From IMG/VR virus record IMGVR_UViG_3300033067_001633, positions 1 to 48,583 of that record: DNA of 48,583 bases. One strand, 5' to 3'. Shown piece after piece: positions 36,901 through 45,432 of this stretch. A program made the position numbers and the translations under genes. Source of the stretch: a virus. Lineage: Duplodnaviria; Caudoviricetes. Numbering within the stretch: the stretch's first letter is position 1; each line of letters starts with the position of its first letter. The notes beneath the pieces were generated by a model. It ran no database searches, was not told where the DNA came from, and saw only the letters and a list, made by a program, of their open reading frames with translations.

Positions 36901-37855
36901 GCAGTTTGCGACTCAACTTGCAGCGGCGAAAGCGGGCGATGCCACAGCCTTGTCCGAGATTACCACTTACGCTGACAAATATCTGAATAGCTCACGCGAC
37001 TTTTATGGCGTCAGTCAGGATTATGCGGCGATTCGCGACAGTGTCACAGCGTCGTTAGCGGCGTTGGGTGTAACGGATAAAGTTACTTTTGATCAGCAAA
37101 CGGCAACGGCAACGACTAAAACTGTCGCGTTATTGCAGGATCTGCAATGGGCAGTTAATAACACAACCCAACTTCAAACCAATCAACTGCATAACGATCT
37201 GGAGGCGCTGGGCTCAGTCACTGCGCAAATCGGCAAGGCGTTTACTGACAGTATGTATGACCTGGCGACAAAATATCAGATCAGTAATCAGCAACTGCTT
37301 GATGCAGTTAACCAGGTTTATGACGCGACATCTAAAACGACCGCGTCCAGCGGTGTGCCCTCAACACCGAGTCCTGCATCGAGCGGTGATGTCATGTCCA
37401 CGTTTTACAGCAAAGTGGATTCGGGCGATTGGTTGGGTGCGGCGCGTTATGCGTTTAGCGTGGGCGGCACGAAGCATGATATAGCCACGGCTATTGCTGC
37501 GCGTGGGGGTAGTTATGGCGAAACGATGAATTGGTTGGTGATGCAGGGCTTTGCGACTGGCGGCAATTATCCGGGCGGTTTGGCGCTGGTGGGTGAGCAA
37601 GGGCCGGAAATTATCAATTTCAGAAATCCTGGCCAAGTCTATACTGCGCCGCAAACCCGTGAGCTGATGCGAGGCGATAATGGTGAATTGATTGCTGCAA
37701 TTAAAGCTAATGCCAAGGTCATTGCCGACGAAATCATCCGTTTAACAAAGGTGAATGTCGAAGGACAAAGCGAACTGATTGCTATTAATGAAGAGCAGCG
37801 AGAAGAAATCGCCCGTTTACGCAAAGAAATGGCGCGGGCGGCGCTCAAAGCATGA
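30971..37855 (+). CDS. Tape measure protein with lytic transglycosylase domain
   Basis: QLSQALSSGVLRGDEFNSIME; AQRESG/GLMQI/AAYNGG; C-terminal FATGG...VGEQGPE. Confidence 0.95.
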   Translation: MADLQLTLRIRANADGTAQIINGVGNSINRVSDQANQATSASARMAAALQRVGHYGAVAFAGSWFSGKAKEAILLADQMTLLDSRIKIASSSLQNYQNASASLTAIALSTGSSLESNVTLFSRLNKAVEGMGATYQTTLGITKTLAEGLKISGASAGEANSVMIQLSQALSSGVLRGDEFNSIMENGSRIVDALSTATGKSRGELRKMAEEGELSAKLVVDALKSQAASIHNDFGKIPLTIGAAMENVNTRFAKFIEHENNAVGLTSNLAKGLDEASQHIGLLAGALGGLTTLAVAIGGANLAMVAFNATTRLNPIIMAASVVAAGIGMIAGRIQDLNAAWENKITASSTLDEQNKKIHDQIQLLAELKTHHGLYYDTKIAKETNALKIMIAERNQMMDLAANAEKEAVETTEKRLKSEEKLNQILEGKYKNIITQAAEAYKVDQNLMLAIAQRESGSGKNMGRSSTGDWGLMQINENTAPQISNALKVSVNKILTDPETNAKASAWYVSWLQQQFSKANVTPTAELFAAAYNGGFGNLEKANFNLVNLKKTVREYAMDVADTQQALTKMSGTDWFKTQAEGAKQASDASKKYALEIQKLNDAAITGAQLYNQTIARLDEQHQSGLSDAAYAKGIEDANSALMQFVDSLDATKMHAADIKNEYEDWIKIFELAKSYQENALTNTERQAQEINKLVAVYNSVANTGNGLMSVDVFSTNLEKIQGKYAPSNLKGLEDYNTLIQKITSSTGQLGATNNAVFDSALGGINTLVSAFNNMSAAIDANTQSQLDLNAAKAGALADIRTSKDDEFGKAIKEKKALYDFDMASKKLADEKNQNELSGVRQIIGATAQMFDKKSNAAKALHGIEMGIAAAELTMKAQSIASNIAATTSGVVAGAAKFFAQSGWAAFAGIAAMIGVIGALGGTTSSPSMPSIDTKTQGTVLGDKTKSSNTAENLGKIMEDIHASEYLALLNINESIKKLNDSILAAVTGIFQRGDLATPTLPANTSSMFVNTRNEISQNRLTGKGNTLGAISDGWQFDLSQFIETKRTKDLLFGHMVKTSTSQNAVSDQTNRDVTAIYKNSGDMLIEAGKIFGMDVKDVVNAIRIPDLDIDIKDMTGEEAIKAFNAYISTSIDQMAGQVFPELAQYQKIGEGLGETVGRVAADVGIVKSVFDNLHVTLPTTAVGLIAVSEALVLAADGTDKLTTNLNNFYNKFYSDTEQALDNFHFLTQNFARKGIELPTDRLGYRDAARNALAKAGTDSDILAAAKTRLDELTKAAFAPFEKNLEIRKNNAERYGGEDARLYKIAQDEAKAAVKAATKSQADYVAELQKSSNASAENANLLLEQSDNADAYYSAIEKGQKALDPRPFRTSVNAFQHEFSKVSNQAIPTSIEGYRNLINSIDTSTEAGRRMHDGLVMLAPDFVDLDDSLSGLKDELSQVYVGGNDFTMTIISMADAFGSADKAAQVFKDSIKLVYSGNDVKTMSITAANTRFSNNAKAAGLEGLRVQDAQTGLKWITDSEIKGTINLGDKVKIGNGTYSWAEVQTWLVDNLNPIYNAENMSTGDNSASKAADDAAKKAADDAAKKAADNAKTLLDLNNDIAKQLKSIGLSDIKKSILDINTGIDDMITKAREAGGTLPAIESLRTAKLTELATQTFKDPLKQVSRIGNSDIQNQVLDIAESNKTLRDSAKALADASPALKKFFGTTMEGINALEKSQLQNVFKDVAQEFLDIGKIDYQKNLDGINQWADDMIKVAPSIAKAYDISTDDAIKGIQAISNARIEALNKERIEIMKTSEVSYRKALIQSSSAVSGNLELQLIDIKDQFTNTILNVIEKGGDLNDVAVQIRYAIETGTLAYQAASKEIQKAADEIFKTLKTKGNELADQIYKLKNPNDEAGLFQIQYQRELSKYMQGNYQDQIEAINTVQSLAMARYDSELTAINKIYDASKAINKYLNDLKLNERLSLNTNKQIVDESKAQFATQLAAAKAGDATALSEITTYADKYLNSSRDFYGVSQDYAAIRDSVTASLAALGVTDKVTFDQQTATATTKTVALLQDLQWAVNNTTQLQTNQLHNDLEALGSVTAQIGKAFTDSMYDLATKYQISNQQLLDAVNQVYDATSKTTASSGVPSTPSPASSGDVMSTFYSKVDSGDWLGAARYAFSVGGTKHDIATAIAARGGSYGETMNWLVMQGFATGGNYPGGLALVGEQGPEIINFRNPGQVYTAPQTRELMRGDNGELIAAIKANAKVIADEIIRLTKVNVEGQSELIAINEEQREEIARLRKEMARAALKA
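35675..35734 (+). repeat. 24-bp tandem repeat, 2.5 copies (KAADDAAK)
   Basis: AAAGCCGCCGACGACGCCGCCAAA repeated in frame in the TMP. Confidence 0.9.
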
Positions 37856-39390
37856 AGGCGCTGTTAATTGAAATAACCGGTTACGATCCGGTTGCAGCGA
37901 TGGTTAAAACCCTCTATTTCAGCACGGCGCGGATGAATCCGTTTCCGCCGACCGATACCGACCGCCCGAACATTTATTATAAAGCCCTGGTTAAAGAGGT
38001 CGGTCCGGTACCGCGATTTTTATATGGTTCCGGGCGGACTTATGGTCGATCATCAAATGAGGGCGGTTATTTGCTGATCGATAATTCCGATAATAGTCAG
38101 GATTATCTGATTGACTGGGGCTTTGATGGTCGCTCGATCAAATACTACCGCGGCACCGTTGGCCAAGCGTTTAATATTTTTGTGCCTGAGCTCTCCGGCA
38201 CACTGGAGCAGCCAGAATTTACCTTTTCAAAATCGCAGCCGTCTCAGATCAAATTCATCATTCGCGATAAGTGGGCGCTGTTTAATAAGCCTATTTCAAC
38301 TGCGACCTATGCCGGTACCAATTCTGGATCGACCGGCAATGAGGGGACGGCGGATGATCTGAAAGGCAAAGGCAAGCCGTTTTGCATAGGGGCCGCATTT
38401 AACGTAACAGCAGTGACAGTCAATGCGCCCGGCTTGCGGTTTCAGTTGCACGATGGTCCCATTAATGACGCTCCGGCTTGTTATATCGGCGGGGTTGCAC
38501 AAACTAAAGTCACTGCACCTCCAGGCGCGGCACAATATTCAATCGATACGTCGACAGGGATTGCAACGCTTGGCTCTTCGCCTGGCGGTGATGAAGTGAC
38601 CTTTGATGTACAGGGAGCCAAGTTTTCCGGCACTTATGTTAATAAGTGTGCGGATCTGGTTAGCAAGATAGCGCAAACGTATGGCGGTATTACCGTGAGC
38701 GAAGTCAACAGTACCGCGGTGACGGCACTGAATGCGTTAAATGCAGCGCCGGTAGAATTGTATTATCCCGATGCGAGTACGGTCACTATTTCCGACGCTT
38801 TGGATGCTTTGCTCAATAGCATTGGTGCCTATGCCTTTTTCGATAAGCTCGGCGTGCTGCAAATGGGCCGATTATCCGATCCAAGTGGGATGACCTCGAT
38901 TAAAACGCTATCAGAACGCGACTTTGCCGAGTTTGAGATGATTCAAGCCAATGACGAAGATAAAGGCGTTCCGGTTTTCAAGGTGACCGTTAATCACACC
39001 GTTAATTACACCAAACAAACTAAAGTAGCCGGTTCGGTTTCTGAAGCCCGAAAAACCTGGCTGGGCCTTGAAAAACGCAGCGAATCTGCGACCGATGCCA
39101 GCGTTAAAACCGCTCACCTATTATCACCCGAACTCTCCCGAGATACGCATTTAACCAGTGCCAGCGATGCGGCAACCGAAGCCAGTCGCGTCTTGGCTTT
39201 GCGCAAGATTCGGCATGGTTTTTATAAAGCCGTTGTCGATTATGAGGCCAATGCAGACTTATATTTAGCGGATTGCATAACCGTTCTGCAGCCGCGTTTG
39301 CTAATGGCAGCAGGGCGAAAAATGGTCATCACCGGCATGATTCCGCACTCGCCTGAAGATAACCAACTGACTTTGGAGCTGTGGGGCTGA
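37852..39390 (+). CDS. Tail tip/hub protein
   Basis: Post-TMP position; YAGT...EGTADDLKGKGKP motif. Confidence 0.75.
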   Translation: MKALLIEITGYDPVAAMVKTLYFSTARMNPFPPTDTDRPNIYYKALVKEVGPVPRFLYGSGRTYGRSSNEGGYLLIDNSDNSQDYLIDWGFDGRSIKYYRGTVGQAFNIFVPELSGTLEQPEFTFSKSQPSQIKFIIRDKWALFNKPISTATYAGTNSGSTGNEGTADDLKGKGKPFCIGAAFNVTAVTVNAPGLRFQLHDGPINDAPACYIGGVAQTKVTAPPGAAQYSIDTSTGIATLGSSPGGDEVTFDVQGAKFSGTYVNKCADLVSKIAQTYGGITVSEVNSTAVTALNALNAAPVELYYPDASTVTISDALDALLNSIGAYAFFDKLGVLQMGRLSDPSGMTSIKTLSERDFAEFEMIQANDEDKGVPVFKVTVNHTVNYTKQTKVAGSVSEARKTWLGLEKRSESATDASVKTAHLLSPELSRDTHLTSASDAATEASRVLALRKIRHGFYKAVVDYEANADLYLADCITVLQPRLLMAAGRKMVITGMIPHSPEDNQLTLELWG

Positions 39391-40241
39391 TGGCTAATTT
39401 AAAGTTGCTTTGGAAAAATATTGGCGATACAGCAGCGCTATCAGGTGGCAATTGGACCCTGCCAATTACTAAAATCCAGAACGAAGATCTTTACGATGTC
39501 GCGCGTAGCAATGGCTTATCGACAACCAATAGCCGTTTTACCATTGATTTGGGTACGGATTACGCGCTATTCCAGGCAATTGCGCTGGTTAATCTCAATG
39601 TGTCTGTTTACGCACAAATTAGAGTGCAATGTAGCAACGACAACACGTTTGCAGTGATTGACTATGATACCGGCTATGTCGATTTTTGCCCGCCGCTTTA
39701 TTATACGGGCGAGCTGGATTGGCGGTCGGGAAATTGGTGGTGGGGTCGCAATTCAGCGGCAGATTTACAAGGTTATCTACGTAATTATTTTGTCGATTTG
39801 GGATTTCGTGAAAATCGCTATGTGCGCATTATCATCAACGATCCTACTAATAGCAGTGGGTATATTGATGTCGGAAGGCTGTTGATCGGCTCGTTACTGA
39901 CTTATACCTGGAATTACAACTGGGGCAGCAAACTGAAATTTAACGATCTGTCGATTAAGTCGCGAGGTTTAGGCGGTCGGGTATTTAAAGATCGCCGTGC
40001 CAAATACCGTTCAGTCCAGTTTCAACTTGATTGGTTGACAGACTCTGAAGCATATACCCAGGCATTCGAGATTGAGCGCTATTGCGGAACCACTGAAGAT
40101 ATCTTTGTAGTGCCGGACTTGGGCGATCAAAAGAATTTATTCAGGCGTTCATTCTTGGGAACGCTGTCCGAATTGAACGGTATCGATAAATTGCGGGTAG
40201 GCTTTCACGGCACCGCTTACAAAATAGAGGAAACACTATGA
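39390..40241 (+). CDS. Tail (distal tail-like) protein
   Basis: RYVRIIINDPTN...YIDVGRL motif; TGATG coupling. Confidence 0.72.
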   Translation: MANLKLLWKNIGDTAALSGGNWTLPITKIQNEDLYDVARSNGLSTTNSRFTIDLGTDYALFQAIALVNLNVSVYAQIRVQCSNDNTFAVIDYDTGYVDFCPPLYYTGELDWRSGNWWWGRNSAADLQGYLRNYFVDLGFRENRYVRIIINDPTNSSGYIDVGRLLIGSLLTYTWNYNWGSKLKFNDLSIKSRGLGGRVFKDRRAKYRSVQFQLDWLTDSEAYTQAFEIERYCGTTEDIFVVPDLGDQKNLFRRSFLGTLSELNGIDKLRVGFHGTAYKIEETL

Positions 40242-41485
40242 CGCAGTACGCAACCATCAACGGTCATCTCTATTCCGATGCCGATACGCCAACTGTCGCG
40301 GATGAGCGGAATTTGGGGGGCTATGGTAATCGAAATAATTTTTTAGCGTTAATGCAGGATCTGGCAGAGGTATCTGCTAATACCCAAGCATGGACAGCCC
40401 AAGCGCAAGCGGCCGCCGGTGCGGGTGGCGGGACGATTTTTCCGGTTGTGACTGCGGCGGATGCTGGTAAATCCTTGATCCTGAATGCCGCTGGTACGGC
40501 ATATTTAGCGGATGGAGCGGCAAAAGGCTATCGCAACAAATTGCTAAATGGTGATTTTCAAGTTTGGCAGAGGGGCACGAGTTTCACCGATCCAACTGGT
40601 ATTGCAAACATGTATTCGGCAGACCGTTGGGCATCATTTAGAGGTGCATGGACCGCTGGTATTACAACAACGCAACAAAATGTACAAACTAACAGCAGTA
40701 GTATAAGAGTACAGCGCAACAATACTAATGCCTCAACTGCTGTAATGCAGCTCAATCAATCATTAGAGACTATTGATGTTAAAAAACTTGCTGGTAAAAC
40801 AGTTTCATTACAATTTAAAGCGCTCAAGGGTGCTAACTTTTCAGCGGCATCTAGCGTACTAACAGCACAAATAATTTATGGAACTGGTACAGATGGAAAT
40901 TTAGGCAGCGGTTTTACTGGGCAAGCCGTAGCCGGAACGCTTGCAGCTACGCTGACGACAACAAGCACACAATTTTCATTAACAGCAGCTATCCCCTCTA
41001 ATGCTACGCAACTTGCTGTTCAATTTAGTTATACACCTGTTAGCTCTGCATTGGCTGCCGATTATTTCGAAGTAACTGACGTACAGCTCGAAGAAAGCCC
41101 AGTCGCTACGCCATTTGAAAGACGATCTTACGGTTTAGAGCTGTCATTCTGTCAGCGTTATTTTGTGCGGCTGGTTGATAAAACGGGTAATCATTCGATC
41201 GGTAATGGTGTCGCAATATCTGCTACTAGTATGCAGTTGCAAAGGTTTTTGGGCGTAGAAATGCGCATTGCGCCTGCTTTAACATTATCAGGCGCAGCAA
41301 ATTTTATTTGTATCAATTCGACAGGTGGAACGGCTGGAGCGGCGACAGCTATTACACTCGGTTTAACAAAATCTAATGTCGTGCGCTTTGATGTATCCGT
41401 TGCATCCGGATTAGTCGCTGGCAATGCCGCAAGCTGTCAATCGCAAAACACCTCGGCAACACTCGATTTAAACGCGGAGCTTTAA
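40238..41485 (+). CDS. Tail fibre/receptor-binding protein
   Basis: RNKLLNGDFQVWQRG, ADRW, VQLE...ATPFERR...CQRYF, LNAEL. Confidence 0.85.
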   Translation: MTQYATINGHLYSDADTPTVADERNLGGYGNRNNFLALMQDLAEVSANTQAWTAQAQAAAGAGGGTIFPVVTAADAGKSLILNAAGTAYLADGAAKGYRNKLLNGDFQVWQRGTSFTDPTGIANMYSADRWASFRGAWTAGITTTQQNVQTNSSSIRVQRNNTNASTAVMQLNQSLETIDVKKLAGKTVSLQFKALKGANFSAASSVLTAQIIYGTGTDGNLGSGFTGQAVAGTLAATLTTTSTQFSLTAAIPSNATQLAVQFSYTPVSSALAADYFEVTDVQLEESPVATPFERRSYGLELSFCQRYFVRLVDKTGNHSIGNGVAISATSMQLQRFLGVEMRIAPALTLSGAANFICINSTGGTAGAATAITLGLTKSNVVRFDVSVASGLVAGNAASCQSQNTSATLDLNAEL

Positions 41486-41486
41486 T

Positions 41487-41858
41487 ATGTATCAGTTAAG
41501 TCATGCTCAAAATATCGTCATTAATACGCAGGACGGGTCAAGTTTTGATGTCACCAGCGGCCATCCATTCGCTGTTGAATACTTAAAATGGCTGGAGGCT
41601 GGCAATTCGCCCATGCAGGCTGATGCCATGCCGACTTTACCTATTCGAGTCAGCGCGGCACAGTTTCACATGGCACTGATTCAATTAAATTTATTTAATC
41701 AAGTACAAACCGAAACAGCACAAAATCAACTGATGCAGGTATTTTTTGAAAGATCGCCGTATTTTGTATCGGATGATGCTAAGATCATATCGGTAGCTAA
41801 TGCGCTAGGGTTGCAAAGTCAGATCGGCGCGGTTTTTGAGTTGGCGGAGTCTTTGTAG
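41487..41858 (+). CDS. Tail fibre assembly chaperone
   Basis: EYLKWLEAGNSP motif after the fibre gene. Confidence 0.75.
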   Translation: MYQLSHAQNIVINTQDGSSFDVTSGHPFAVEYLKWLEAGNSPMQADAMPTLPIRVSAAQFHMALIQLNLFNQVQTETAQNQLMQVFFERSPYFVSDDAKIISVANALGLQSQIGAVFELAESL

Positions 41859-41868
41859 TTCATAGTTC

Positions 41869-41907
41869 ATAGGATGTGCTGAACAGAGTGAAGCGCATCG
41901 TTCGCGA
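41869..41907 (+). repeat. REP-like hairpin
   Basis: ATAGGATGTGCT...AGCGCATC, degenerate GTAG-type REP. Confidence 0.5.
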
Positions 41908-41912
41908 CTGTT

Positions 41913-42016
41913 TTAATCAATATCTTCCGGTTTCAAATGCGTATAGCGTGCCAGCGTTTTCCAATCATCATGCAAAGTAAATTGTTGTACTTGTTCAATG
42001 TTGTACCCCAGTCTAA
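41913..42016 (-). pseudogene. Detached catalytic C-terminus of the integrase
   Basis: RLGYNIEQVQQFTLHDDWKTLARYTHLKPEDID*; continues exactly from RLGYNI of the 17064 ORF. Confidence 0.92.
41997..42016 (-). repeat. 20-bp inverted repeat, right copy
   Basis: AATGTTGTACCCCAGTCTAA is the reverse complement of 17974-17993. Confidence 0.95.
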
Positions 42017-42237
42017 GTTTGCCATTGCATATTGCTTGGAGCATCTTCACCTCCGCAAGAAATTGGGGTGATATGATCAATGATATACCCTGGGCATACG
42101 CCATAATTTCTGCCGGTTGATGGACAAGGCTGTTTCAGTTTAAAAATATCTTTGGCTTTTTGGCTGCGTTCTGTTTTTGCTTGAGCATTAAGCAAAAATA
42201 AACTTAATATTAAAAATATTATTTTTTTATGTAACAT
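42013..42237 (-). pseudogene. Secreted HNH-like protein, truncated at the inverted repeat
   Basis: Signal peptide, PCPSTG...CPGYIIDHITPISCGGED.PSNMQWQT, then a stop inside the repeat. Confidence 0.75.
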
Positions 42238-42243
42238 AAAGCA

Positions 42244-42296
42244 GCATGGTGTATTTCATACACCAAATTACAAATAGTGCATAGAATGCACCCTGC
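42244..42296. repeat. REPIN-like inverted REP doublet
   Basis: TGGTGTAT-TTC-ATACACCA (42247-42265) and GTGCAT-AGA-ATGCAC-CCTGC (42277-42296). Confidence 0.55.
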
Positions 42297-42298
42297 CA

Positions 42299-42526
42299 TT
42301 AGGAACTCGACATATCCAGAGCCGCCAAACATTCCAACGCAAACTGCACCGGATACGTGCAGTTTTGTGCGCTGTTGGCGTTTCTATCCGCCAAATACAT
42401 TCTAAACAACCTCTCATCAATACCGAGAGTTCTGGCAATTTTGCGCTGACTCATGCCGGTTTTGGCAATCAATTCGCGCAAATACACAGGGTCTGGATTA
42501 TGCTGCGTTGCGTCCGGCTTCATCAT
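42299..42526 (-). CDS. Small HTH transcriptional regulator
   Basis: KPDATQHNPDPVYLRELIAKTGMSQRKIARTLGI. Confidence 0.8.
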   Translation of the reverse strand: MMKPDATQHNPDPVYLRELIAKTGMSQRKIARTLGIDERLFRMYLADRNANSAQNCTYPVQFALECLAALDMSSS

Positions 42527-43056
42527 GTACCCAATGTCCAGGTTTTAATAGTTTTGATTAAGTCATGCGGCTGATGTTGCATCCATACATTAAATTGCGC
42601 TGTCCCAGACGATAGATTAAACAGTTGCTCTTGTACCGCACTCAAAAAAGTAAGTGTCAACTCATTCGGCATCGTTAATGCCCGCAAGCCGCGCACAATA
42701 TGCTGGTCGTCAATGGCATGCAATTCAATGACTAGGCGCTGTTCACTATTGTCGATGTCGTATAGCTGTCTATCGTCAGCCGGTATAATGCGCACGTCGA
42801 ACGGTGCGTCCAACGTCAATAATGGTCCTTTGTCGCCGTAGAATTGAAACAACCATAGCAATGCGCCAGAACGGTACAAAAATCCCGCTTTTACTATGCC
42901 GTACCGTAACGCTTTTTCTTCTTTGTTCGACATGTTGGGTAAAATCACTTGCAGGATATTGCCGCCTTTGCGCAAGAATTCCACCCGAGCGCCTTCGGTG
43001 GTATCGCCGGTTAAGAGTGGGTAGGATTGTCCACGGACTAATGTGATACCGTTCAT
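42523..43056 (-). CDS. Hypothetical protein
   Basis: 177-aa ORF coupled to both neighbours. Confidence 0.7.
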   Translation of the reverse strand: MNGITLVRGQSYPLLTGDTTEGARVEFLRKGGNILQVILPNMSNKEEKALRYGIVKAGFLYRSGALLWLFQFYGDKGPLLTLDAPFDVRIIPADDRQLYDIDNSEQRLVIELHAIDDQHIVRGLRALTMPNELTLTFLSAVQEQLFNLSSGTAQFNVWMQHQPHDLIKTIKTWTLGT

Positions 43057-43580
43057 TGATAAAACTCCACGTCATTAACGCTTTTAACCCACGCTTTGGA
43101 AAAATCATTGTTGGCAAATAACGCTGCCAAGCCGCTAATTTGCTTTAAGCGCAATATTTCATCCGCATCCATACCGATATTCTTACAAATCCATTCGTCC
43201 GACATGCCAGAATCCACTAATTCAGCGACAATATTCACCATCAAATCAATGGAATGACTTCCACGCGCTCGGTTATGTCGAATCGTTGAAGCCATGCGAT
43301 TGCTGATGTCTTTTTCGATGGTAACGACCGGCATCATGCTGCCTTCGCGCTCGCGAATATCTTTGCAGGTCATCATGACGGTATAGCGATGAAAGCCGTC
43401 GACAATTTCATACATGTCGTCATTCGGCAGGTAATAACAGACTATTGGCATGGTATAACCGTCCTCGCGAATGGATTTCTCTAACAAGCGCATTTCAGGC
43501 GGCGCTACGGCGTTCGGGTTATAGTTATTTGCGCGAATTTTTTCGAGCGGCACGGCTTTAACGTTATATACCGGACTCAT
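43053..43580 (-). CDS. ParB/Srx-like nuclease domain protein (IbrB/YbdM-like)
   Basis: ANNYNPNAVAPPEM, IVDGFHR, MASTIRHNRARG. Confidence 0.9.
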   Translation of the reverse strand: MSPVYNVKAVPLEKIRANNYNPNAVAPPEMRLLEKSIREDGYTMPIVCYYLPNDDMYEIVDGFHRYTVMMTCKDIREREGSMMPVVTIEKDISNRMASTIRHNRARGSHSIDLMVNIVAELVDSGMSDEWICKNIGMDADEILRLKQISGLAALFANNDFSKAWVKSVNDVEFYQ

Positions 43581-43999
43581 AATTTTTTCTCCCAGCGGAC
43601 AAACGTGCCGCGTTTCTTTTCGCCCGGCACAAAATTAAATAATTTCCAAAAACCGTTATTTTCACGATCATTGGTAAAGACCAAGAGCGATTCGGCTTTT
43701 ATGGCATCATCAATGACCCAGGTTAACAGCTCGTTTTTTATCGTTGTTTCCATTGCTTCGGCATACAGCAGACGCACATGGCACTGGTTATCTTTGGTAT
43801 AGCGGACATTACAAAAGCCGTAAGGGTTATCGCGCAAATCAAACCAAAAATACCACGCATCGCCATCATTCCCCGTAACGGCAACGCCTAATTCGTTATG
43901 CACTTTGGCGCTAATGGCAAATTTACCGATCAGGCAATACATTTTCTTGTCGGTTTTATTTGCGCCCTGGATGTATTTGACTAATTTACCACTGCTCAT
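43577..43999 (-). CDS. Divergent GNAT-fold protein (putative acetyltransferase)
   Basis: GFCNVR...HVRLLYA...FWKLFNF pattern; inference from size and motif order. Confidence 0.5.
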   Translation of the reverse strand: MSSGKLVKYIQGANKTDKKMYCLIGKFAISAKVHNELGVAVTGNDGDAWYFWFDLRDNPYGFCNVRYTKDNQCHVRLLYAEAMETTIKNELLTWVIDDAIKAESLLVFTNDRENNGFWKLFNFVPGEKKRGTFVRWEKKL

Positions 44000-45366
44000 A
44001 AATTTTTATATTTATCAATGGCCGCTTTGCGGCGTTGCATGTCTAGCTTGGTCAATCCAAACCCCATATATTTGCAGGCGTAGTCGTTTTTTAAAATGCA
44101 AATACACATCCGTTTGTAGCTGGGTACTAATTTAAAATCATCAATCGGCAAATCATCGGGATAATCGGTAAATTTAACCAGCTCCATTTCACCGGTATAG
44201 GTGACATTGCGCGTCGGTTTACCCAAATACTCCGCTGGAGCATCGATAGCACGCAGTTCATCCACGGTTTCTTTAGGCAATGCGCCGCCTTTTTCAAGCC
44301 AATACTTTAAGCTGCTGTTGAATTTTTCCAGGTATTTTTCACGGGTATTTTCCGGCAGCGTTTCCAGCAAAAAATCTAAGTAACTTTTCCAGGTATGGCC
44401 TTTAGGCAGGCTGATATTTTTGAACGCCATTGCTTTGGTAGCGCCGTAGATAGCCGTGAAATTAGCGCCATTAACACGTCCCAACACGCGACCCCAGGTT
44501 TGGGGCTCAATGATTCGGTATAGGTTCAATGATTCTTGTGCTGCGCCTAAAAACGGGCTGGCCACGCGCATATCGTGCGGCTTGATCCCCGCGTAATACA
44601 TCAAATCGTAGAGTTTGTTGTAGTCAAAGCCAAATTTAGCGTTTGCGGTCCAAATATCATCAACTGTCCAATCATACAAAGGATAGGCTAAACAGGCATT
44701 TTTACCGGATTGGGTGGTCCAAATATGACCATTCCAGCTTTTTTGTTTATGCATGATAGCGGCATAACGGCTTAAGCTTTCTTGCGTGCGAATACCAACT
44801 AGAGCGCAACACTTACCGCCGCCGTGCTGTTTTTGATACCAGCCTTGGAACTTATCTTGCAAAGTGTAATCCACCATACCTTGCTGATAAAAATCAAAGC
44901 AGTGATTATCTATGTTAATCACGCCCTTATGTTCCGGCAAATCCCGTACCCAGATGCTTTTTTCATCCGGGTTCCAGGGTATCCAGGCAGACTGATGCAT
45001 GGAGGTTGTACACGGGACGGACATCGGCAGACAGATCCAAAACGGCTCTATTAAATCCGGGTTACTGGTCATAACCTGCGTGACATAATCCGTAGTTGCC
45101 GTATATTGCGCCTCGTAGTCCATGTGCATGACGCCAATTTTTTGCGTAATGTCGTGATTACGCATGTATTGCAACGTCAGTTCAAGCAATACGCCGGAAT
45201 CTTTTCCGCCAGAGAATGACACGTAAATATGGTCAAATTCGTTAAAAACGTACTCCAAGCGCTTTTGCAGCGATTGGTAGACGTTGGGTTTGATATAGAT
45301 TTTTAAATCTGACATGTGCTTTTGGCGTAATTGAACGCAACTGCGGGTAATTTGATATTTTGCCAT
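43996..45366 (-). CDS. PAPS-reductase/PP-loop protein with DUF3440 (IbrA/YbdN-like)
   Basis: VSFSGGKDS, LVGIRTQESLSR, YPLYDW, SYKRMCICILKND. Confidence 0.92.
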   Translation of the reverse strand: MAKYQITRSCVQLRQKHMSDLKIYIKPNVYQSLQKRLEYVFNEFDHIYVSFSGGKDSGVLLELTLQYMRNHDITQKIGVMHMDYEAQYTATTDYVTQVMTSNPDLIEPFWICLPMSVPCTTSMHQSAWIPWNPDEKSIWVRDLPEHKGVINIDNHCFDFYQQGMVDYTLQDKFQGWYQKQHGGGKCCALVGIRTQESLSRYAAIMHKQKSWNGHIWTTQSGKNACLAYPLYDWTVDDIWTANAKFGFDYNKLYDLMYYAGIKPHDMRVASPFLGAAQESLNLYRIIEPQTWGRVLGRVNGANFTAIYGATKAMAFKNISLPKGHTWKSYLDFLLETLPENTREKYLEKFNSSLKYWLEKGGALPKETVDELRAIDAPAEYLGKPTRNVTYTGEMELVKFTDYPDDLPIDDFKLVPSYKRMCICILKNDYACKYMGFGLTKLDMQRRKAAIDKYKNL

Positions 45367-45432
45367 GATCGTATCCTCTTAACAGGGGTTAATGGTAAAT
45401 GCCGCCCGTCCGTGGTGGCTGATTCAGTGGTA

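Noticed and set aside
18546-39885. Numerous antisense and alternate-frame ORFs in the ORF track (e.g. 21448-21981, 33469-33939)
   Set aside because: Shadow ORFs of well-supported structural genes without RBS or recognisable motifs
40238-42016. Tail-fibre shufflon (Gin/Cin/Rci type)
   Set aside because: No alternative fibre C-termini or multiple crossover sites; the single repeat pair encloses the whole structural module
41913-42104. 63-aa ORF as a real independent gene
   Set aside because: Its first half is an off-frame read of the HNH gene; only the last 33 codons are integrase-derived
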